Assembly: GCF_048593235.1 (NCBI RefSeq)
Contig: NC_133619.1
Location: 500,925,644 to 500,989,643 of the forward strand
DNA length: 64,000 nucleotides
Origin: Sminthopsis crassicaudata
Taxonomy: Eukaryota
Reading direction: 5' to 3'
The notes below the pieces were generated by a model. That model was not told where the DNA came from. It worked only from the letters and a program-made list of their open reading frames with translations, and did no database searches. Each line of letters begins with the position of its first letter. The stretch's first letter is position 1. The translations under genes and the position numbers were made by a program. This document shows, piece by piece, positions 11,641 to 25,139 of this stretch.

Positions 11641-14045
11641 ATGAACTAAGATGAAATGTAATGATCTACCATGATACCAGAGTATGAAAAATTGCATACC
11701 CAGTCACCTGTGGTCAGTAGGTTGCTTGATTTGCTTACTTCTTTTTTACAAAGATGAGCAGATACAGGTGGGGGAAGGAAAAAAATCAGGGAGCAGTGAC
11801 TGCTTTAAAAATAAAAAGCAATAGGAAAACTTTTAAAAAGATAGATGTTATGCAATATTTGGTATCAGCAATTTAGAGGCATCATTGATAACCTGGGATC
11901 TAATTCTAGGTCTGACTCTACTATATCACTTAATTTCTTTGAGTCTCAGTTTTGTCAGTGGTATAATGATGGTAATAATAATTACACTAGAGGCAAAGTT
12001 GCATAGTGTTTAAAGAGCTGGTCTTAAAGTTAGGAAGACTTTGGTTGACACATACTGTCTGTGTGACTGGCTTAACTCAGTGTCCTGGTTACTTTTGCAA
12101 AGTTTAAGTTTAGAAATGGTACTAATCTGCATTGGGGGAAAAAAAAAAGAATTCTTCTGGAGTTCTCTATAGTAATAAAAATTACAGGTTGGTAAAAAAA
12201 AATGCAGAATTGTTGCAAGGAAAGTAGTTTGTAAATTGCAAAACATAAGTGTGAGCTAATGTCATTCATAGTGTCTTAGGTTATTTAAATATTAAAACTA
12301 TGTCCTGGTCTTTCTCTTGCCAAGAAACAAACTAAACATTGTTCTCTGTGTATAGTAACAGAGTGCAAGCAATTAGTATTTGCTCCTGTACTATAATTTG
12401 ATGTCTATTTGTAGATAATTGCATGCACTACCTACTTAGAGGTGAAATTGGCAAGGGAAATGATTAATGGATAAATTGCTACTTTTATCAGGCTGTGAAA
12501 TTGTTGTGTCATCAGAACTTGGCAGTTTATTTTACTTTAATAAAAAGAAAAATAGCATCACAAGCTGCGGGTGAGACAGTAATTCTTTTCTCTCATTTAT
12601 TTTGGCTTATTTTCATGGTCTTATCCTCTGGGCATGTATTTTACAATAAATAACATTACACTTGATAACAAGTAATAAGACTGGGGAGGGAGTGAAGAAT
12701 GGTTTCAACCAGTTTTCATTTGAACAACAAACTTCCCTACCTTTTTCAGAGTTTAAACTGTTATCCATATTTTCTACCCTTTAGAGTTCCAGATCTGGTT
12801 TGGAAATACAAGGGATGTAATATAAACCATTTATAACATAATAGAACATTGAACTATATTTCCTAATGAATAGCTATTTATTGGAAAAGTAGGTAGTTGA
12901 CATAGTTATCTTCTACTACTAGATTTATAGAAAGGGATTCACTTTACCATTATTACCACAGTAATCTGTGAGAAATTTTTATTTGTGTAAAACATGACCA
13001 TCTGTAAAACCCTGAGCTTTTAGCAGAAAGGTGCTAAAGAAAGTATAAATGTAGACTCATATCTGTTATTTGGCTCATAGCTATGCACTCAATCACTTTA
13101 ATCCAAAATGTTCTTCACTTGCATTTTTTTTCTTATTTATATGTGTACTTTTCTCTATTTTAATAAAATTGAAATTTTAGATCTTTTAAGTTAAATGATA
13201 AACCTTTTTATCTCTAATGAAGAAATTGATCATTTTCATGTTCTAAAAGGTGATGTCCATATAAACCACTAAATATAAGGAAAGAAATAAATTTAAATGT
13301 CTGAATTAAGTTTAAATATATTTAAATTCTGGAATGAAATTGCAGTTTTATGCTAGGATATCTCAGTTGAATTAAGGTGGAACCTTAATCTAAGTTTGTG
13401 GGTTACTTCTTATTAGTCAGACCACCTTTAATTACAATGCCATTTTGGTACTTCATTTAATCATTTAGGTACAATTCAATAATAATTTATCTTGAATGAC
13501 TTTCTGCTCTTTAGAAAATTATATTATGGCAAATTACCACAAAATTCAATATTTTATTTTCACTTGAAACGAATTTTTAAATTTCTAATATGTAGTATAT
13601 TAGAACAATTTTTTTAGGTTTTAACATTTTATTCTATTAAATATTGAAATCAAAATACCTACAACTCTACTTTTTGTTTTCAGCCATCATTAAAAATCTA
13701 ATTCAAAGACTTGTCTAGCTCTTCCTTTGGAAATGATCTTTTCTTCCTCCACTTAAATGATCTTGGGCAAATCACTTAACCTCTGAGCTTTAATTTCCTC
13801 ATCTGTAAAATGAGAGAATTTGGACTAGCTCATCTTTAAGGTCTTCTTGTTCTAAATTGATTATCCTTTTAAAATCTTCAATCGTTAATCATATATGAAC
13901 AGATGAGTGTTTGGGGACACATAAATTGAATTTAGAATATAATATAAAGGGGAATAAAGATACAAGGTAATTATGATATGATATGATACAAGATAATTAT
14001 AAATTAGTTATACAATAATTTCAGAGCTACCAAGTATTTCCTCTT

Positions 14046-14172
14046 TCCTTCCTTCCTGTCCTTCCTTCCTGTCCTTCCTTCCTGTCCTTCCTTCCTGTCC
14101 TTCCTTCCTTCCTGTCCTTCCTTCCTGTCCTTCCTTCCTTCCTGTCCTTCCTTCCTGTCCTTCCTTCCTGTC
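14046..14172. repeat. (CCTT)n / CCTTCCTGT compound microsatellite running into a gap
   Basis: Read directly. Confidence 0.9.
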
Positions 14173-14717
14173 NNNNNNNNNNNNNNNNNNNNNNNNNNNN
14201 NNNNNNNNNNNNNNNNNNNNNNNNNNNNNNNNNNNNNNNNNNNNNNNNNNNNNNNNNNNNNNNNNNNNNNNNNNNNNNNNNNNNNNNNNNNNNNNNNNNN
14301 NNNNNNNNNNNNNNNNNNNNNNNNNNNNNNNNNNNNNNNNNNNNNNNNNNNNNNNNNNNNNNNNNNNNNNNNNNNNNNNNNNNNNNNNNNNNNNNNNNNN
14401 NNNNNNNNNNNNNNNNNNNNNNNNNNNNNNNNNNNNNNNNNNNNNNNNNNNNNNNNNNNNNNNNNNNNNNNNNNNNNNNNNNNNNNNNNNNNNNNNNNNN
14501 NNNNNNNNNNNNNNNNNNNNNNNNNNNNNNNNNNNNNNNNNNNNNNNNNNNNNNNNNNNNNNNNNNNNNNNNNNNNNNNNNNNNNNNNNNNNNNNNNNNN
14601 NNNNNNNNNNNNNNNNNNNNNNNNNNNNNNNNNNNNNNNNNNNNNNNNNNNNNNNNNNNNNNNNNNNNNNNNNNNNNNNNNNNNNNNNNNNNNNNNNNNN
14701 NNNNNNNNNNNNNNNNN
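14173..14717. other. Assembly gap (N)
   Basis: N run. Confidence 1.
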
Positions 14718-15028
14718 TTTGAACTAGACTGGAATAATATTTAGCTCTTTTAAGGTTATTATTATTTTGGCCAGATTTCTATTAAGAGATCTTAAGTATC
14801 CCTGAATATTATACCTTGGTCATGTTATATCTTGGTCATGTTTTATGATTGATTTTCTTTGAGGTTAGATTTTTCAGTACATATTTTGGTGCTGAAGTTT
14901 CTGAGGGCAAAGACAGTCTGTAAGTGTTGTTTACATTGGTGTATTATAAGTATTGCTAGTTTGTGTTGGAGATTAATTTTTAAAATCTTTATCATGGTGA
15001 TGAGATCTTCAGTGTTGAGTATGATTAG

Positions 15029-15656
15029 TAGAGGAACTGATAAAAATTAATCCCAAAGTGGGCAGGGAGAAGGCACTGACAGAGATCAGTTTAGTTCTGT
15101 AGTTCCACCCTCTGAAGGGTCTCCAGAGTCTCACTTGTCACATCCTGTCAGAAATCCCTGTGGTCATGTCTCATAGTTAAATTTTCCTCATAAAGTGGGC
15201 CATTCCCTGACTGCTACCTTCTTTTGGGTCAATTTACTATGATACTCTGCTTCTTAGTGTTTTTCTCTTTGCCCTTCCCCCGTGCCCTATGATATGTCCT
15301 CTTACCTCCACATGCTTCTCAACACTATTTTTCCTCCTTAAAGCTAACTAACTTTTTTAGGGTGCTAAGGACTTTTAGTACTTAGCCTGTTAGCTAAGGG
15401 CATGCCCAGGCCTCATGGGGTGCTCCCTTTCTACTAGGTAATTGTGAGTTCCACTGAAGAACTTGTCTTTCATATGCTATCCCACTCTTATTTCATATTT
15501 ACCATTCCCAATGTCTATTGTATCTATTTTGCCTGTAACCTGTTCCCTAAATAAATTTATCTTTTGCCAAAGAGAATGGTCATTGTGAATTCTTAACATG
15601 ATCTAACCCCAACTTTTGATACCTATCATCATCTGGTGTCTATATTACTCACATCA
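15029..15656 (+). mobile_element. ERV solo LTR, sense orientation
   Basis: About 630 bp of non-SINE sequence with AATAAA at 15550 and an end ...atcatctggtgtctatattactcacatCA. Flanks attag/ataag form a near-perfect 5-bp TSD if the 5' TG has decayed to TA. Resembles marsupial LTRs as recalled. Confidence 0.6.
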
Positions 15657-16939
15657 ATAAGGGTTAGGTCTTAAAATAATTTAATAATTGTTATATGTGA
15701 CAGCACCCACAGTAGGGCTTTTAATTAGGTAGTACAATATGCTCAGTGATTTGATATTAGTGTTTTGCCAAATGGGATATATTTTCAGCTCAAGGGATTA
15801 GCTACATGACTTATTAATGCTGACAGGAATTTTTGCAGCTACATCCCTATAGGCCATGTTAAATGTGAATCCTGGTAAATTGAGGATATGATTCTCTTTC
15901 CTCCTTCCCTCTTCGAGCACCACAGTAAAATCTTTTTTTTTTAATAACTTCTTTTGGTTGTCCTTTAGTGAGTTCTATCCTTAAATAAGTAGGTTAATGG
16001 AGAAATTAGAAGAACCTTTTTAGCACTATAGAACACTAATGGTTGAGCATATTCCTTACTTAGCTAGATAGGGATTATATAATCATAGACATGATTATAA
16101 ATGTTAGTTGGCTGTATAGTCTCATTAACAGGTCTCATCACACTTGGGAAGCTTTTAAAATCAAAGACTAGGAAACTGATCTTTGTATATCAGCATGTAG
16201 AATTTTTCATTCTTCATTGTTAAAATGTGAATCTTCTGGAAGAAAAATCCTGTCATAGTTGACATTTAGCAAGCAAACAAAGTCTGTATTTGCTTGTAAA
16301 GGTCTTTAATTCACTAAAAAATGATAGGGTCTTTTGTGAATATAGAGAGAGTGTACTGTGATACTCTCAGATAATTTAATACTATATCATATGGTTTAGA
16401 CAAACTGGATGATAACAAAGAAATAATAAGTCTTGTTTCTTAAGAGCCCTGGAATCCCACAAGAATGGTTTTTAGAGGATTTGAAGGGGAAAATCATTGG
16501 GTTTAGATTGCATAGACAAATGGAAATTCAGAACAAACTCTGTTCTGGATTAGTTAGGGGTTCTACTGAGAAAGTTCTTTTTTTTTTTTTTTTTTTTTTA
16601 AACAATTGAAACTCTTGTTTTGAACTTTTTATTCCCTGTATACTTTTCCTTCTTACTTGCTTTACAGTGGAAACAGTTTTCTTGTCTCCTCTAGTATTTT
16701 TGAGCATGTATATTTTCAAAATTATTTGCCTTTCTTTTGGTCCCTCACAATAAATGTCTAAGATTGAGTACTATGGTAGTATTTCCATGAGGACCAAAAA
16801 CATGAAAATAATAGTGAAAAAAGGCTGAGGATTCTCATCTACTTCAAAGTTAGATGTTGTTGCTTAAATCTATTTTTTTTTGGTAGAGTTAAGAGTCACA
16901 CTGCTTAAGCTTTTTCCTTTCTGAAATGAGACACAATAT

Positions 16940-17155
16940 GGTATGATGGACAAAAGATCAGCTACAGACCCAGGAAGATATAGGTTTAATCTTGCCCCTG
17001 ACAACACTGTATTATCCTGAATAAGTCTCTTAATCTCTCAGTGGTCTAGGCAACTCTCTAAGACTATAAGTTAAGAAGAAGGTTCTGACTTGTGTTGGTA
17101 GGAATTTCCTCACCTGGGGATTCTAAATACCATTGAAATCATAAGTCTAGTTCCA
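16940..17155 (+). mobile_element. Marsupial CORE-SINE (MAR1b-like tail)
   Basis: tctaggcaactctctaagactataag...ggaatttcctcacctgggga...ccattgaaatcataagtctagt tail motif. Confidence 0.6.
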
Positions 17156-18958
17156 ATATAATATATAAAAGTTTTGAAATATCTGTAGCATAAAATTGTG
17201 AATTTAGGCATAGATTAAAATGATTAAAACAACAAAATGTAAATATTTACCATGATTTTTTCTTTTAAGATAAGTAAAGATGATACCATTTATAAATGTA
17301 TTTTAAACCATGAATTCTGTTGTCATGATATTGAGTTGTTTTTTTTTCCCCCAAGGTATCAGTGAACATACTTCTTTTCAGAGAAGTTACGTCAAATTTA
17401 TTTCTTTTGACTTTTAAATGCTTGTTGCACTTTTGCTTGTAGTTGTAGGAGGCCTTAATGTTTTTCAGAACATATTTTAGAATAGGCATATCATTATAGC
17501 ATTGAAAATACTTGGCTGCTTAGGAACAATAACATTTTAAACCCTGCTCAGAATAGGATTTGAAAGCTTCGCATCTGAGAAAAACATAAAGGGATTTTTC
17601 TACAAAGCAGTTTTATGTAATGTTAGTGGCTAACTAAATTTAAAATCTAGAATAATGTTATTTTTCTTTTCTTCTCTATTAATATAGTGTACCTTCTGTA
17701 TTAGAAGAAACTACTTCAGGCTCTAGTATATAGAGATTTTTTAAAAATCTGTTCTAATTGCTTGGGTATATATATGTACCATAGGATACTTGAGCAAATC
17801 TTGTTGCTTAATGCCCTCCATTCTGCAGTAGATAGATATTTGGGGTTAATAGTATGCTAATAATATACAATCTTGAGTTAAAATAGAAGACAAAATGACT
17901 TGGGTTTTAGCACTTAAGTTGGTGATAACCTACTGTATGGATTTTGGTCACTGATTTTAAATTAGCAGCAAGAGATTATTTTAAGTATCAGCAAGAAAGT
18001 GATAACTTTTCAGAGTTCTCATTTGATATAACAGATTTAAAGACAACAAAACATTATTAAAAATTAATTTTGTTGCTATTCTTTAGTATGATGGAGAACA
18101 AAATGAGGCTATAATGGGAACAGAGACCAGCTCCCAGCAAGAGGTGTGAGGCTGTTTATTTTCACTTTAGAAATGTATATATGACAAAAGGAAAACTATG
18201 GCCTTGGGTAACCTAAGCAAATCATTACTTATCTGGGATCTGGCAAGTAATTCGATTAAGGTTGACAGAACTTATATAATATCAGGATCTGTTCCCTTCC
18301 TCCTTTGTGAACGATGATAATCTTCATCTGTAAGCTTAAAAAAAAAAAAGAAAAAGAAAAAAAAACTGAACAAGAATGAACATTACTCATGTAGCTCTGA
18401 ATAAGTATAAACCAAGATTGAGACAGTTGTGCTATCATACATATAATAATCAAACATATAACAATATATATGATTTCATACTGTAGTGAGTGATGTTAAC
18501 TTTTTGTGTTATACTTTTTAACAGATAACTAAGTGACTCTAGAGAATTAAAGTAATAGTTGTATCACTAAAGATTGTTGACTTTGGCTTTTAAAATAAAT
18601 TACTTAATTACATTTCTGAACATTCTATTTCATGTTTTTAAACATCTTGTTCATGATGTTCTATTGAAATAGTAGATTCTCTAGATTCATTGAATCTGTT
18701 ATTATACCTATAATAGATTTTCCTTCTACTACAATTCTTGAATAAAATAAAGATTGGTTTTGAAGTGATTTGTTTTTAATCTGGGGACATTTCTTAAATT
18801 TTAGGTATTAATGAGATAAGAAAATGATTTTGATGAATACAACAGAATATTATACTATTATTAATATTGACCAATAATGGTGCTGGTCACTTGCAAATTT
18901 AAGGCATTCATTTGCTTGTTTCATTCCTGCTTCTAAAAGGTATTATATTGAGTTGACC

Positions 18959-18991
<33 letters not shown>

Positions 18992-20829
18992 ACTGGGGTG
19001 AGTCAAATTAAAATAAAGTTTGTAGTGATTTTTAGCTTAATCTTTATTTTATTGGACATAGTTATAGGATCATTAGGCATTTCATTTTATGATATACAGA
19101 TTTTCAAGATTATTGAATTGATAAAGTTAAGGAACAACAAGTTTTATAATAATTGAAGCCTTAAAATTAAGGGATATTTAGACTTAACCATAGGTTAAGT
19201 AAATGTATTGACTGGAAAAATATGATATTACAGTTCAGCTCTATTAGATATAAAAAAAAGTTTTAAAAAAAAATTCTGGCAGCTGCAAGTGTTCATGAAA
19301 TGGACAGAATTATGTTGGCATGATTGGGGTCCATGAAGGAGAATGAAAGACTGGGTAACTTTGCTCGCTCTTGCTGAATTTAGTGATGGTGACATATAAT
19401 CCAGACACTATCTTGATCTTATCTTAATTTTGCATTTTCGTCTTTTGTCGTATCTTTCTTTATATGAAGATAGTTCTTTTATGATGGGAAAATATATTTA
19501 TTTATGGGCATATTGTATATCTACTTCCATTCTAAAAAAAGTAAAGAAGAGCTATTTTTGGAACCTTCTGCCAACTTTAAAAATATTAAAATGCATTTTT
19601 ATTTTAAAAGTTCAAATGTTACCTTTATTGGAATACATGTATCTTGAATTTTTTGTGTACCCTTTAAAAATTTCAGGCATTTTGGAAAGGAGAATCTTTT
19701 ATTGGGATCATTATTTATTAATCATTCCAAAAGAAGCCAGATAACATTTAGAATTGGAACTCAGCAGGTGGAGATATTGCCAAGAGAATTTTTGGCATTC
19801 CCATTTCTAGTCACATTTCCATTTTCTTCTAAATGATCATCACAGGTATCAATTGTCCTAAAGAAGCTATTAGAAAGCAGATGTGGTAGGGCTTGTTGGA
19901 AAGGAACCTAAAATGCAGGAAGTAGAAGTAGTGAAGGAACAGATCCACAAGTGGTTTCTTATAATTCCTAATTTTTTCTCCTATTAGCCTGTCCTCTATG
20001 GGGGGGACATTTTTCTGGGAAATGTTCCTTCTTCCTCAGTCTTGTGAATGGGATGTAGATCAATCATGGCAGTAATCTGGGGGAGAACAGCAGATAAAAG
20101 GAGGTGGGAATGGAGGAAGAACAGCAAGTTGCTATTTTTGAGTACTTCTCTCTCCTTCTCTCCTTTAATTAGTAGTAACCTAGGTTCAGTGACAAGAGCA
20201 ATAGGGTATAGAGCTGGCCAACATAAATAATTGGAGCTCTAAGGGGTGAGAGAAGAATAGATTGTGAGAGGATAGTACTTCTAATGTAACACAATGCTAT
20301 TACCCACATTGTTTATAGAAACAGATGTGGGAGGATTTCAAAATGCCCCCTACCCAAGCCCCTACTTCAGAGGTAGAATAAGACTTTGAAACTTTGCCAC
20401 TAGTTTCTAGGTTTGTGTGGAGTTGTTACAGCATTGAACAAAGAAACCAACTTCTCCTATAACTATATAAATTTATGATCTCTTTTCTGCCCAAATAGGA
20501 AATCTGACTTAGATATTTTGAATTTTTGTAATTTTTCAACTGTAATTATTTCAATGATCTTGATGATAGTCTTTGAAAGGTCATTTGAAGTTACTATATT
20601 TTAGAGAATCTATCTTAGAGACAGAATTTGTGTCAGAAATGACTCTTTGAACAAGCAAAAATCCTTTTCCTCAGACTTTCAAAGATGAATTTAGAGACAT
20701 ATGTGTTGTTTGATCTTTTGAATTCTTTATTAGCAATTTTTGGTTTAATGTTTAGTAATAAAAGTAATACATGCTTTATCATTAAAATCTAACTTTACTT
20801 TCTTCCCTTAGTCTGAATACTAGAAGGAA

Positions 20830-21040
20830 GTTAGTGGGATAATATATAGAGCTCTGCACTTGGAGTCAGGAAGACTTGAGTTCAGATTCTGCCTCAGATA
20901 CTGACTAGCTAGTTCATTTAACTTCTCTCATTCTGCAAAAATGGGATGATCTACTTAACAAGTTGTTGTAATGAAAAAGACTCAAAGAATATGTAAGGTA
21001 TGTAGTAAACCTTGGCATCATATATAAATGCTAGCTATTA
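20830..21040 (+). mobile_element. MIR-family SINE
   Basis: cacttggagtcaggaagacttgagttcagattctgcctcagata...ctgcaaaatggg...tatataaatgctagctattat. Confidence 0.7.
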
Positions 21041-23674
21041 TATTCACAAAATAAAAATAGCTATAGTTTGAAATGAAACTAGAGAGGATGCTAATTTTGC
21101 TAAAATGAGAATTCTTTTGACATAATTTGAAATCAGAGTTGAAAAATAAAATCAAAGTCTCTTCCTTCTTTGGGATTATAAATCTTATAAATGTTTTTTG
21201 GTGGAACATTTTTTTCCACTAAAATACCTACATTTTTCCTAGGTGAGTAGAACTACATAGATAGTATTTAAAAATTATATTCTTGATAAAACACCCTGGC
21301 AAAAACAATTTATTATAAATAAAACCAGCAAATGACTTGGATAGTTGTCTATATATATATAATGGAAAATAGCCATAAATAAATAAAGACTTGAGTCTTG
21401 ATGTAGACATTTTAATTTTCTTAATATAAATGCTCAGTCGCTAAATATATTTCATAAATAAATGAAGGGTACAAAGTTAATTGATCTTTTCCTCATTGAC
21501 TCCTGTCTCCTTTATTTTCCTTAAATCTACAGTTTGCCATGAGCTTTTGAGCTATATGAGATAATGAATGTTGTAATTTGTATTAATGAAATAAATAATT
21601 TAGACCAATTTTAACTAACTAGACAGTTTAATTGCAGTTGTTAGTTTAAACAGAATTACATAACATAGTGCCTGTTATGTGGGTGCTTAATAAAATGTTG
21701 ATTGATTAAGTAAATGTATACCAGAAGTTAAACTCTTTTTCAGGAGACAAAGAGGGAAGATAGGTATTTCTTTGAAAGACATTTAGTGTAATATAGAGAA
21801 GAGAATGTTTGGGTGTAATAAGACATGGAAATAGCTTCATAAATCTTAAAAGCCTGATACAGATGAGTAAAACTTGCTTTTAAAGTATGATATCTTGATT
21901 GCCATCAGAAAAGACTGAACTAAGGATTTGTCAAATGGAAAAAAAAAGGCCAACTTCGCTTTATAATTCAGGTTTACTCATCCTTTTTTGGGTTTTTATA
22001 TTTTAAAAGCTCATAACTTTTATAACTTAAGGTAGCACTAGGTTGTTAAAAACTTTGGTAGCAGGTATGAGTGTAATAGTTTATATTTTCCTGTAGGCAT
22101 CATGGGAGAACAGAATGAGTTAAGATTGAGAAACTGGTTTTAAAGGACCTTTACTCTACATTTTTACAATATTAGATGGTGGTTGTAAGATGATAGAAAT
22201 AAATGCATGATGATTTTCAAGTTTTGAATTGAGGTCACTGTTTTTTTAAATAGTTTTTAATATGTAAAATAAACCAAGTGAATATTTGATCTTCTTACAA
22301 TAATAAAACTAGATGTTTAAAGAAGAGACAACAGGGTACAATAGAAAAACCATTACAAGATCTTGACTCAAGTTCTTTGTATTTTACTGTTATGTACAGC
22401 TTTGGGGAAGTCACCTAAACTCTGAGTCTCACTTGGTTTTCCTCATTTGTAAAGTAAGAAACTATGTGATCAGATCTCTTTGTTTAATTATTTTTTTCCT
22501 TTGCATTCTTTATAATTTTAGTGTATTTCTTATAAAAAAAGATTTTCTCATTGAATTGGAAATGAGAGAAAAGATTTGTAAAAATCTTTTACAAGCTTAA
22601 TGCTTATAAAAGTAAGCTCGATATTGGTAAATACTATATAAATTAAACCAACATATCTCATCCAAAGTTGGACCAGAAGCTCTCAAGATTATATTTTGCT
22701 CATTTTAATAGTTAATTTAAAATGGTGTTGATGATTTTTTCAGTGTAAAAATTATTTCCTCTAGAGGTATAAGACATTTTTTAGAAGCCATATTAGCTTT
22801 TTAAGGCATTCATTCTGTTTTAGTTCATTGAAATAATAGCTTATCAAAAGATACCCTATTATGTCAGACTTCAAAGATAATTTCCACAGATTCTTATGTC
22901 TAATGTATCATTTATAAATTGGAAGAATATGACTTGATATTTATTTTAGTCAAATAGGCTTTACATATGTGGAGGAATAATATCTATAGCAGAGGAAAAT
23001 TTGGTGAATGTGTAAAATGATAAATCATTGTAGTGTTTATGCCCAGGTCATTTACGTTTATTATGTTATTGGCATTCTATAAAAGATATATTATACAGTG
23101 GGAAATATGCTTAGTTTGAAATCCAGAAGAATCTGATTTTTGGATCAGTGCTGTAACATTCAGCTAATTAAGCTTAATGCCTAAGCCCCAGTGCTTTTCT
23201 TTCTCTTGATTTTCTCTATTTGTAAAAAGACCACCAATAATACTTATATAATTTCCTTCACAGATGGTTGTAAGAAAAGTGCTTTTTCAGATATAAGATT
23301 TCTAAAAGTGGGTGCTATTTTCACTATTATTACTGATTTGAATTGTTTAGTGTTTAATAAGTATTTCTGACAAGAAGTAATAACAGGGAACGTTCCTTAT
23401 TTTTCATGACACTTAGCTTTTTGATAAACCATATTGGAAATCTTTGTTTCCCCTCATTTGTCACTGTTCTGATATAACCTAGAATGCATTTGTAAAATAG
23501 AGATAGAACAAAGTTTTTATTTGAGAGCTCAAAGTAGGTAGGGGCTGTTCTCAGTATTGTATGGAAAAATTAAATTCATTAGTCATCTTTGTCTTTGGTA
23601 AATGTTGTATGGAGTTGATGTCTTTTGATTTTCTTTTTGTTTTTTTATTCACAGTAAGTAGAACATGCTAGCTA

Positions 23675-24071
23675 NNNNNNNNNNNNNNNNNNNNNNNNNN
23701 NNNNNNNNNNNNNNNNNNNNNNNNNNNNNNNNNNNNNNNNNNNNNNNNNNNNNNNNNNNNNNNNNNNNNNNNNNNNNNNNNNNNNNNNNNNNNNNNNNNN
23801 NNNNNNNNNNNNNNNNNNNNNNNNNNNNNNNNNNNNNNNNNNNNNNNNNNNNNNNNNNNNNNNNNNNNNNNNNNNNNNNNNNNNNNNNNNNNNNNNNNNN
23901 NNNNNNNNNNNNNNNNNNNNNNNNNNNNNNNNNNNNNNNNNNNNNNNNNNNNNNNNNNNNNNNNNNNNNNNNNNNNNNNNNNNNNNNNNNNNNNNNNNNN
24001 NNNNNNNNNNNNNNNNNNNNNNNNNNNNNNNNNNNNNNNNNNNNNNNNNNNNNNNNNNNNNNNNNNNNNNN
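23675..24071. other. Assembly gap (N)
   Basis: N run. Confidence 1.
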
Positions 24072-24075
24072 GGCC

Positions 24076-24920
24076 ATTTTTTTTTAAATTTATTTTTTAT
24101 ATACAAAACATATGCATGGGTAATTTTTCAACATTGAACCTTGCAAAAACTTCTGTTCCAACTTTTCCCCTTTTTCCCCCCAACCTCTCCCCTAGATGGC
24201 AGGTAGTCCCATACATGTTAAATATGTTAAAGTATATGTTAAATACAATATATGTATACATATTTATACAGTTATCTTGTTGCACAGGAAAGATTGGATT
24301 TAGAAAGAAGGTAAAAATAACCTGAGAAGAAAAAAAGCAAAAATGCAAGCAAACAGTTACAGAAAGAGTGGAAATGTTATGTTGTGGTTCATACTCATTT
24401 CCCAGTATTCTTTCTCTGGGTGTAGCTGGTTCTGTTCATTACAAATCAATTGCAACTGATTTGGATCCTCTCACTGTTGAAGAGAGCCACGTCCATCAGA
24501 ACTGATCATCATGTAGTATTATTGTTGACATGTATAATGATCTCCTGGTTCTGCTCATTTCACTTAGCATCAGTTTATGTAAGTCTCTCCAAGCCTCTCT
24601 GAAATCATCTTGTTGGTCATTTCTTATAGAACAATAATATTTCATAACATTTCATATACCACAATTTATTCAGCCATTCTCTAATTGGTAGGCATCCCTT
24701 CAATTTCCAGTTTCTAACCATTATAAAAGGGCTGCCACAAGCATTTTGGCACATACAGGTCCCTTTCCCTTCTTTAAAATCTCTTTGGGTTAAAATCCCA
24801 GCAGTAATACTGCTGGGTCAAAGGGTATGCACAGTTTGATAACTTTTTGAGTATAGTTCCAAATTGCTCTCCAGAATGGTTGGATCTGTTCACAACTCCA
24901 CCAACAATGTATCAGTGTCT
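24076..24920 (-). mobile_element. Relatively young L1, 5'-truncated (3' UTR plus ORF2 end)
   Basis: T-tail, tatgcatgggtaatttttcaacattg...cctagatggcaggtag, and ORF2 motif ttgctctccagaatggttggatc...caccaacaatg. Confidence 0.85.
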
Positions 24921-24924
24921 TCTG

Positions 24925-25002
24925 AGGCTATATCAGTGTTAAGTGTCAGGTCCTCCTGACTCAATGGTTTGTGCTGTATCCATTGTGCCATCTAGCTGCC
25001 CC
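24925..25002 (-). mobile_element. WSINE1-like SINE, internally deleted
   Basis: tcaggtcctcctgact...tatccattgtgccatctagctgcccc. Confidence 0.7.
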
Positions 25003-25139
25003 AACATAGTAAAATCTGTTGGCTAGAAAGCCAACATATAAAAATAAAAACTTTAAAAAAAGAAATCTCAGCCAGTTATAACATCATAATATCATCATAA
25101 CATAACACAACAATAACATCACTAGTTAAAAGCAGCTGA

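Noticed and set aside
14046-14172. Regular CCTTCCTGT periodicity, considered as an array-type element
   Set aside because: No unique spacers; a simple compound microsatellite.
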